DNA of 47,537 nt from a virus (taxonomy: Duplodnaviria; Caudoviricetes), in the IMG/VR virus record IMGVR_UViG_3300012942_000010, positions 1 through 47,537 of that record. One strand, written 5' to 3'. A program made the translations under genes and the position numbers. Shown piece by piece: positions 28,315 through 35,283 of this stretch. Every line of letters starts with the position of its first letter. Position 1 is the stretch's first letter. The notes beneath the pieces were generated by a model. It was not told the DNA's origin. It saw nothing but the letters and a program-made list of their open reading frames with translations, and did not search any database.

Positions 28315-29756
28315 GCCGCACTAGGGGCGGGCGTATTGGCCCCTGGTTGCGCCGTAGGCGAGTTTTGGGGTTGACCCGGTGTAGTTGCTTGGGTCTGCTG
28401 TGCTGCAAGGTCTCTGAGGGTTGCTTTTCGCTTGTCCTTCTCCACCTGAGCCACCTCGACATCGGTCAAACCGATACGGTCGTAGGTGACCTGAGAATCA
28501 GCCGGAAGAACACCAGCACCGACAAGCTTGGTTGCCTCATCAGCCGCAGCCGAACGGGTCGGTGTAGCAGCATCACGCCAGCGCACCGCGACCTCGGTCT
28601 CAAAGCCCTTCGGGACCGATCCCTCACGCATGAGCATGATCAGGCGCGCTACCTCTAGCCATGCCTTGCCGAACACGAGCTGCCGACGCTCGGCGCGCTT
28701 GACTAGTCGGGTCTCCATGGCCCGGATAGCATCCGCACTGGCCGCCTGATCACTTGCGAACCCCAAATACGTTGGGGGGATGGCACATTCAGCCGCGAAC
28801 ATCTGGGCTAGGCCCCGAACCTGTTCGAGGTACGGGCCCGGCTGTGACTGTGCGAACTGGCCGACGCTCGGAGTAGCTTCGGGGTTGTCTTCGTCGTACG
28901 GAGCAACAAGCATCCGACCGGAAATAGCTTCCCAGCCGGTAATAGTTCCGCCGTCTGCCTTTTGAAACATATTTTCGGATACGCCAACTGCGTAACGCTG
29001 GGGGGCAGAGTAGAACTCCCGATTCACCTCCATCCCCAGGAGCGTCCGGACGGCGGCATCTGTATATCCGCGAACAGCCTGCGAGATTTCCGAGCGACCA
29101 TTAACCCGTGATGCGCGCGGCCGGTTGACCAGTGGAGCCACTGGAACACGGCCTAGGTTGTGCTGGTCCCGGTTAATGACTTCCCACGGGACAGAGCTAG
29201 AACCACGGGACATATAAATCGTCTGGTCCGGCAGGTAAAGCGTTGCTTCAACCTCTGCGTGAGTCTCAGGGTCTTTGAACCGAGAAGCAGCAGAGCCGAG
29301 ACGACGGGTGCGGGGATTCCAAATACCCGTCATATCCCGAGGAGACTCGACAGTAATCAACTGGTCCGGCTCACCGTCCGCACCCGAACCGACACACGCA
29401 AATGCGATGCCGTAAATCAGTGCGTCTAGGTGACCTAGTCCGGAATCTACGTCCAAGTCATTAGCCGAGAAGACATCCGCCAGACCAAAATCCGTACCGG
29501 ATTCAACCCAGCCAAGCCAATCTAGGCGTTCCTCCAGAACGTCAACCGCTGTACCCGACCAGCCAACCACGGTGCGAATAGCGTCCAGAACACGCGGTGG
29601 AATCGAGATACCTAGCTGACGTACCCGCTGTTCGCCCTCGTAGTACGCTTCCTTAATACGATTACGAGCCTCGAAGCGAGCTAGCTTGCCGAGAAGTAGA
29701 TCTAGTTGGTACTGCTCTTCTTGAGAGAGCGTATCCAACGTAATAAGGGTAGCCAT
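28311..29756 (-). CDS. Portal protein
   Basis: YYEGEQ, HNLGRVPV, GRSEIS and EFYSAPQR. Confidence 0.93.
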   Translation of the reverse strand: MATLITLDTLSQEEQYQLDLLLGKLARFEARNRIKEAYYEGEQRVRQLGISIPPRVLDAIRTVVGWSGTAVDVLEERLDWLGWVESGTDFGLADVFSANDLDVDSGLGHLDALIYGIAFACVGSGADGEPDQLITVESPRDMTGIWNPRTRRLGSAASRFKDPETHAEVEATLYLPDQTIYMSRGSSSVPWEVINRDQHNLGRVPVAPLVNRPRASRVNGRSEISQAVRGYTDAAVRTLLGMEVNREFYSAPQRYAVGVSENMFQKADGGTITGWEAISGRMLVAPYDEDNPEATPSVGQFAQSQPGPYLEQVRGLAQMFAAECAIPPTYLGFASDQAASADAIRAMETRLVKRAERRQLVFGKAWLEVARLIMLMREGSVPKGFETEVAVRWRDAATPTRSAAADEATKLVGAGVLPADSQVTYDRIGLTDVEVAQVEKDKRKATLRDLAAQQTQATTPGQPQNSPTAQPGANTPAPSAA

Positions 29757-31246
29757 TAGTTCATCACCATTATCTTGGTCTTTGCCGCTTTACGGCGAGT
29801 ACGGGGCTTAGCCGTAACGAAGCCCCATAGCGCCAAAGTCACGGCAACTACCGGGGTGATGTCGGATTCGGAAAGCTTTCGACCCCACGCCCACATATCA
29901 CCAAGCGGGCGTTGCCGACCGGCGTCTACCGCCGCAGTAAGCCCCGGCTGGTCAGGATGTCGAAGGGTCTTTGACATAACCGCGTCGTAGAACATTCCGC
30001 AGGCAATACCGAGTTCCTGAGCGCTGGTCCGGTAAACCGGGACCTTAAGTGCGTCTAGTTCGGGAACAACCGACGATGCAGGGCCGTCTACCACGATTGC
30101 TACAACATGATGCTGCGCAATAAGCTGGGTGAGCCGGGGGATAATCCACGATGTACCCTTGCGGTTGTCGATAACTTCGACGTGGAATCTGCCATCCGAG
30201 CGAAGACCCGCAACGGCGATAGTTGCTGAGTCGCGCTTAGGTCCGATATCAACGGCGAACGCTACGGGCTGAGTGGTGACAGAACTACTGTCTTTGACAT
30301 CGTCCCAAGACTCGGGGTCGATAACCGCTCCGGTACCGGCGAAGCGCCAACACCCACCGCGCTCACGCGCGAAACCCTCTTCCGAGAAGTCGTCAAGGTC
30401 CTCTAGAAGTTCTTCCAGCCCAGTACGGATATTCAGAGCCGGGTTAGCCATAGCGATTTGCGCTAGGTCGTACGGGTCTCCATCATCATCCATGCTCCAT
30501 TCCAGGTAACACGTACGGCGAGACGTACCCGCGAGAGCTTTGGTGCGGATATTCGTAAAAACCTCGGAGTTCATGTTCTCCGAGGGGGGCGTACCCGTCC
30601 ATATAAGCTGACGGTTCTTAAGTGGTGCAGCCGCAGTAGTAGGACTCAGAGCCTCCAGGGCGTCGAAGCCCATTTCCTGAGCTTCGTCCATCACTACGAT
30701 ATCCACCGTGAACCCACGGGACGAGTTCTTGGAGCGAGCAACGAACTCTACTGAGCCGCCATTCTTCAGGAAAATAGCTTCCTGACCGTTGGTCTTACGG
30801 ATATCGACAACCAACGCTGCTAGCTCTGGGTATTTTTTCGGATTCTCGAAGAACGAGGCCAGACGCAAGAACGCTTTGCGGGCCGTCTTAACTTCATGGG
30901 CGGTGTGTAGGATTTTCTCCCCTAGTCCGACCATCCCAAAGAGTTCGCGGATTTCAAGTAGGGCATTCTTGCCGTTCTGGCGCGGAACTGACAGCGCAGA
31001 GCGTGAATGGCACCATTTACCGTCCGCACGGAATCCCAACCACTGACGAAGTACGTATTCCTGCCAAGGGTCCGGGGTTAGCCCGTACTTCGAGGCCAAG
31101 AACGCTGCTTCATCGGCGTAGTTGCCTACCTGTGTGCATTCAATAAACAGCCGGGGAGTCTGGACACCCTTGGTACTCCGAATTTGTTCTTCGGAGTAGT
31201 TACCCAGTTGCACCACGCTTTCGTTCGAGTCGCTGGGTGAACTCAT
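29756..31246 (-). CDS. terL: Terminase large subunit
   Basis: Walker A PRQNGK, Walker B VVMDEAQE, nuclease FAVD and DITP. Confidence 0.95.
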   Translation of the reverse strand: MSSPSDSNESVVQLGNYSEEQIRSTKGVQTPRLFIECTQVGNYADEAAFLASKYGLTPDPWQEYVLRQWLGFRADGKWCHSRSALSVPRQNGKNALLEIRELFGMVGLGEKILHTAHEVKTARKAFLRLASFFENPKKYPELAALVVDIRKTNGQEAIFLKNGGSVEFVARSKNSSRGFTVDIVVMDEAQEMGFDALEALSPTTAAAPLKNRQLIWTGTPPSENMNSEVFTNIRTKALAGTSRRTCYLEWSMDDDGDPYDLAQIAMANPALNIRTGLEELLEDLDDFSEEGFARERGGCWRFAGTGAVIDPESWDDVKDSSSVTTQPVAFAVDIGPKRDSATIAVAGLRSDGRFHVEVIDNRKGTSWIIPRLTQLIAQHHVVAIVVDGPASSVVPELDALKVPVYRTSAQELGIACGMFYDAVMSKTLRHPDQPGLTAAVDAGRQRPLGDMWAWGRKLSESDITPVVAVTLALWGFVTAKPRTRRKAAKTKIMVMN

Positions 31247-31424
31247 CTAGGGGGGTGTCCTTAATATCTTGCGGGGTAAGTTCTTGAATCTTGTCCTGAA
31301 CTTCTAGGTACATTTTGAAAAGAGCCGCGTACGGTTGTCCTTTAGAGAAGGCCATACGTTCGACAAGCTGAGCGCGAGCGGCTAGAAGCGCTTCGCGTAG
31401 GTTGGAATCTTCTAGATCGGCCAT
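31200..31424 (-). CDS. terS: Terminase small subunit
   Basis: Overlaps the terL start; TPLDEFTQRLE end; GAAGGA RBS. Confidence 0.72.
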   Translation of the reverse strand: MADLEDSNLREALLAARAQLVERMAFSKGQPYAALFKMYLEVQDKIQELTPQDIKDTPLDEFTQRLERKRGATG

Positions 31425-31440
31425 TGTTTTCCTTCGTGAG

Positions 31441-31512
31441 AGCTTCCACGAGGACTCGAACCCCGCACTTGTGTTTACAAGACACATGCTTTGCCAGATA
31501 AGCTATGGAAGC
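31441..31512 (-). tRNA. tRNA-Thr(TGT)
   Basis: Cloverleaf; TGTGT-CTTGTAA-ACACA. Confidence 0.92.
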
Positions 31513-31554
31513 GAAACCCGATATTTTAGCATCCGCGTCGGGTTATGCGCCGAG

Positions 31555-31628
31555 TAATCCCGGCAGGATTCGAACCTGCAACGTACTGGGTGTAAACCAG
31601 TTGTTCTCCCGGATTGAACTACGGGACT
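31555..31628 (-). tRNA. tRNA-Val(TAC)
   Basis: Cloverleaf; ACTGG-TTTACAC-CCAGT. Confidence 0.9.
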
Positions 31629-31752
31629 TTGAAGCGGAACTTCGGACTTGGTGAGCCATATTCGCGGCGTTCCGCTAACCGCCCCCTGTCGCGACTGCTC
31701 GGAACAGCCACAGAGGTCTACACGTTCTACTCCGAGTATCAGTGCAGCGCTG

Positions 31753-31835
31753 TTGCTCTGGTGAGATTCGAACTCACATGACATAAAGCCACTGGAACCT
31801 AAATCCAGCGCGTATACCAATTTCGCCACAGAGCA
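31753..31835 (-). tRNA. tRNA-Leu(TAG)
   Basis: Cloverleaf with long variable arm; CTGGA-TTTAGGT-TCCAG. Confidence 0.92.
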
Positions 31836-31871
31836 CAGCTGGACGTGCCATTCCTAGGAGACACGTCCGCG

Positions 31872-31955
31872 CGGAAAGCTGAGGAGTCGAACCCCCGGGT
31901 GTTACCCCGCCCCCGGTTTTCAAGACCGGTTGCCTACCACTAAGCGGAGCCTTCC
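31872..31955 (-). tRNA. tRNA-Ser(TGA)
   Basis: Long variable arm, G73; CCGGT-CTTGAAA-ACCGG. Confidence 0.92.
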
Positions 31956-32023
31956 ATCTCTCGGGTTACGCGCCGAGTCGCGAGCCGTCACAGCCATGTG
32001 TTTACGGTATTTCCGTAAGAGCG

Positions 32024-32097
32024 TGAGGATACAGAGATTCGAACTCTGAATTTCAGTTTGGAAGACTGACGTGTTAGCCGTTAAACACTACATCCCC
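32024..32097 (-). tRNA. tRNA-Gly(TCC)
   Basis: Cloverleaf; TCAGT-CTTCCAA-ACTGA; discriminator is A rather than the usual U. Confidence 0.88.
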
Positions 32098-32173
32098 AAA
32101 GCCTCCAGGGCCTTTTACGTGTACACCCTTACGAGGTGACAACCCAGAGGCTAGTGTGCGGATGGCTACCGTA

Positions 32174-32297
32174 GCCACACCACCCGCGTCCTAACCTGTC
32201 GGCTCACCAACCGTCCGGATGGCTGCGTAAGGGTTAGAAGTATGTGGCCCCGCAAAGGGGGCCGATCCGTCCAGACCGACTTAACGGGTGGTGTGGC
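32174..32297 (-). ncRNA. Candidate structured RNA closed by a perfect 13-bp stem
   Basis: GCCACACCACCCG/CGGGTGGTGTGGC enclosing nested helices. Confidence 0.45.
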
Positions 32298-32328
32298 AGC
32301 ACTCCAAGGACGGAAGTATTATTCGAGC

Positions 32329-32562
32329 ATGGACGACGATGTACAGGTTCCGTACGCGCTCGAAGAACTGGACTCGGGTGTATGGCTGGGATACGCATAC
32401 CCGAAACCTGGTGAAATGGTGTGGGGTCGCGGTGCGACCCGTGAAGAGGCTATAGCCGATATCCGGGTGAAGTGCCTGGAGGCTCTTACCGGAATTCAAC
32501 ACCCGAAGCGCCGTACTGATACGAGTCTGCGTGAAAGTCGTAATTCAGATGAGCCCCAGTAG
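32329..32562 (+). CDS. HicB-like protein, leaderless, antisense to the late arm
   Basis: ELDSGVWLGY...GRGATREEAIADIR; TATTAT 6 nt before the ATG. Confidence 0.65.
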   Translation: MDDDVQVPYALEELDSGVWLGYAYPKPGEMVWGRGATREEAIADIRVKCLEALTGIQHPKRRTDTSLRESRNSDEPQ

Positions 32563-33106
32563 CTACGTATCCGTACCAGCCTGCCGGGACGTTGCACACG
32601 ACATCGTCATGGTTGCAGACCTCTAGGACCGGAACCGGGCCGAACCAGTCGTCTACACCCGCAAGCGGCCAACCGATGATCCGGTTACCCGGGATGCTAG
32701 CCAGACCGGCTCCGGCCGGTCCAGCTGCACGCTTGGGATCCGCAATGAGTACGGCTGAGGTATCCGCGACCGGGTTGTCAGTAACCCATGCGTGGATGAT
32801 TGCAGCGCCTTCAGAATGCCCGACCAGCTTAATGTGGTCGGCCGGACACACCGCCCGGTGACGCCAGTACGCGCGGTCCAGCTCCGAGTAACCCTGAGCC
32901 GGGTTCAGCGTGTCGTACTGAACTCGCTGATCGGCGTAGACGTATGAAGAGTCTTCCCAGGTTCCCGAGTACACGGAGACCTTGGCACCGCCAACACCGA
33001 TGGAGTAATCGCCGGTGCAGCTCACCGGAGCGGCTGTTGCGGGTGTCGCGAAATAAATACTTACGGCCGTAAGTACGGAGCTAAGCGCTAAGGCTAGTTT
33101 CTTCAT
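32486..33106 (-). CDS. Secreted PE-PPE/cutinase-family alpha/beta hydrolase
   Basis: Sec signal MKKLALAL...ATA; GHSEG nucleophile elbow; IADP; DDVVC; late His. Confidence 0.85.
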   Translation of the reverse strand: MKKLALALSSVLTAVSIYFATPATAAPVSCTGDYSIGVGGAKVSVYSGTWEDSSYVYADQRVQYDTLNPAQGYSELDRAYWRHRAVCPADHIKLVGHSEGAAIIHAWVTDNPVADTSAVLIADPKRAAGPAGAGLASIPGNRIIGWPLAGVDDWFGPVPVLEVCNHDDVVCNVPAGWYGYVATGAHLNYDFHADSYQYGASGVEFR

Positions 33107-33587
33107 ATGCATCTTTTTTCGAAGAGTTACAAGAACGATGGGCAAGCTGAAGATTCGACGGAGAATCCGAACCACCCTTTGACCGTGGAATAATGTGGTC
33201 GAGTGTTGCCGCCATCCGGTCGCGTTTACCGTCCAACGTTTGGTCAACCCGTTCTCCACAGATTCCACACGTCCAGTTGTCCCGCTTGTAAATCACCATG
33301 CGCTGAACGGTTGTAATCCACCCGTCTGCGTAGCGAGCGAACTCACTTCGGTAGCTCCGACCAGTACGCTCTTTAAACCGCTTCTGGAACTCACGTTGTG
33401 TAGATGCTTGATACCCCCTACAGACATCACAACGACATCCGTACGAATAACACTGGTAGGTACCGTGCGCGTTCTTAGCTAGCTCGGTCCGGCAGGCACG
33501 ATGCATTGCCTGACCTGGAGGAAGGGACCTACCGTTAGGTTGGAACAGTTCCCCGCAGTACGCACACGGGTACGGCTTACGAGGCAT
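33081..33587 (-). CDS. HNH endonuclease with N-terminal zinc motifs
   Basis: RDNWTCGICG, TLDHIIPRSKGG and LAHRSCN. Confidence 0.9.
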   Translation of the reverse strand: MPRKPYPCAYCGELFQPNGRSLPPGQAMHRACRTELAKNAHGTYQCYSYGCRCDVCRGYQASTQREFQKRFKERTGRSYRSEFARYADGWITTVQRMVIYKRDNWTCGICGERVDQTLDGKRDRMAATLDHIIPRSKGGSDSPSNLQLAHRSCNSSKKDAYEETSLSA

Positions 33588-33727
33588 CGGAAAATCCCTA
33601 AGTTAAGAGGGGCTAAGACGAGTTTTTAAGCCGGGGAGGGATCGGCCGCTATGTGTCGAGAGAGGCCCGCGCGGAGGGTGGGAGGGTCACCCCCCTAGGG
33701 TGGTGTTTGTCAAGGGGTTGACAAGAA

Positions 33728-33916
33728 CTATTTCAAAGAATCTTTCAAAGCCTTCCACCGAGGATTCACGGTTGACCGACAGCACATGCACTCGCATACA
33801 CCACGCATGCCCGTATTGCGGTCTGGACGGACCGTAGACGGCTCAGGATTGCTCAGGTGGCCATCTACCTCGAATAGGCTGAGTTGGCCTTCACAAGGCT
33901 CGTACACGATCACCAT
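33728..33916 (-). CDS. Hypothetical protein
   Basis: AGGA RBS; overlaps the HNH stop. Confidence 0.55.
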   Translation of the reverse strand: MVIVYEPCEGQLSLFEVDGHLSNPEPSTVRPDRNTGMRGVCECMCCRSTVNPRWKALKDSLK

Positions 33917-34200
33917 TCCTGACTGGTTGGAAACAGATCAGCCTTAGTGGCTTGTCGATTGCCTCGTGAGGAGTTGCACTTACGATGTGCAGCTTTGAGG
34001 TTGGACATGTCCGTAAGCGCACCACCACGCGAGCGTGGCACTACATGGTCAGCAGTCCATGACATTGGATCTGTGTATGGCAATGACTGATCAATCTCTT
34101 TACGACATATCCAACACACAGAGCTAGTAGCACGTAGGCGCTTAGTGGTTCGCCTATAGGCTCTATGATCTAAGCCTTTACGTGGCTTAGCATAAGCCAT
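33910..34200 (-). CDS. HNH endonuclease (HK97 gp74-like packaging cofactor)
   Basis: CWIC, ADHVVP and AHRKCN; small and upstream of the terminase module. Confidence 0.88.
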   Translation of the reverse strand: MAYAKPRKGLDHRAYRRTTKRLRATSSVCWICRKEIDQSLPYTDPMSWTADHVVPRSRGGALTDMSNLKAAHRKCNSSRGNRQATKADLFPTSQEW

Positions 34201-34231
34201 AATAAAACAACCTTGCTTCGAAGATTAAAGG

Positions 34232-34409
34232 TGAGTCGTACGGGAATCGAACCCGTATGCACAGTGCCCTGTGGAGTGCCATCTCTCCCAACGACGGATT
34301 CGAACCGTCACCTATCCAAGGAACTCACCAAGCTAAAGCGTAGGTGCTCTACTGAGGAGCTAAGCGTCTACCGTGAAACGGAATTACGACTGCAAAGTCA
34401 CTACGACTC
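34232..34409 (-). ncRNA. Nested tRNA-like RNA with two T arms
   Basis: Outer GAGTCGT/ACGACTC-A plus ACGGG-TTCGATT-CCCGT; inner D arm plus GACGG-TTCGAAT-CCGTC. Confidence 0.7.
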
Positions 34410-34811
34410 AGGAACACCTACGCATCTAGTGATGTACCAGCATTGCTACGAGACTTGCACATGCGTGCGTACACCAAGTATTAAGCCGACCCTTAAAGGT
34501 CGGCGCAGGTCACTGACCGATCAGGTACGGACCGACGATACGAAGGATGTCTAGTACGTCCTTGACCAACTGAACTAGGTCATTCAGCATTTAATACCCT
34601 TAAGTAGAGCGAGCCTTCGGGGCTCGCGATAAGTAGTTACTGACTAGGACCGCCCTTGGTGGGCGGTCTAACAGTCAGTGGTTACGTGAGGTACGTAGGT
34701 TACGTACCGAACTTGGTCTGTCGCTGCTATCGCAGCTCTGACGCTCGGTCGGTCGCTTCGCTCCCTCCCTCACTAGTCTATTAACTCTGATTTTTCGAGA
34801 ATGCCTTAGAT

Positions 34812-34827
34812 TGTGACCTAGTTCACA
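34812..34827. promoter_or_regulatory. CRP/GlxR-type site TGTGA-N6-TCACA
   Basis: TGTGACCTAGTTCACA is a perfect consensus in the divergent control region. Confidence 0.6.
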
Positions 34828-34871
34828 TGATTATTTGGGTCTGCACAGGCGACTGAAGCTTGGTCTTCGAC

Positions 34872-34884
34872 CTTGACAGTGTCG
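34872..34884 (+). promoter_or_regulatory. Operator CTTGACAGTGTCG
   Basis: 12/13 match to the 13-mer. Confidence 0.8.
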
Positions 34885-34929
34885 AAAACAGCTTGCTACC
34901 TGCAAGAACAAAAGTCGGTACAACACGAG

Positions 34930-34959
34930 CTTGACAGTGTAGGTCGGTAACCGTAGTGT
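34930..34959 (+). promoter_or_regulatory. Main early promoter TTGACA-N17-TAGTGT overlapped by the operator (34930-34942)
   Basis: Read directly; arrangement as for L5 Pleft. Confidence 0.85.
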
Positions 34960-34965
34960 TCATGG

Positions 34966-35283
34966 AGTCAGGCCAACCGGTTCACCGGGAAGCCAGACAC
35001 CGGAGGACACCCCAAGCGGGATCGCAAAGCGATCAGTGCGTGAGCCAGTCCCGAAGTTGATACCTCCGGTTAGGTCAGAGGCTTTCGAGCCTCTGGGGTG
35101 GCGCTACGACCATGACACGGTGGCGAGAACGTCTGAACTACTCGGAGTAGCTTCTACCATCACCACACTGGGGCTCTGAGCAAGCGGACGAGTACCCAGA
35201 CGATACGGGCGAGAGCGTTGGTTCACAGATACGCCGAGACCGCCCACACCATCTCCGGATGAGGCAAAATACGGGTACACACA
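34966..35283 (+). ncRNA. Structured non-coding early leader, 5' domain
   Basis: No long plus-strand ORF; ACCGGAGG/CCTCCGGT, GATCGC-AAA-GCGATC, AGAGGCT-TTCG-AGCCTCT and CTACTC/GAGTAG stems. Confidence 0.55.

Noticed and set aside
31503-31829. 108-aa ORF, and similar ORFs at 34213-34554 and 35104-35728
   Set aside because: They overlap tRNA or structured RNA and have no RBS or protein-like motifs.
34941-34950. AGGTCGGTAA as a cluster A-type cos overhang
   Set aside because: It lies in the promoter spacer, and cutting there would split the early promoter; the terminase also appears to be of another type.
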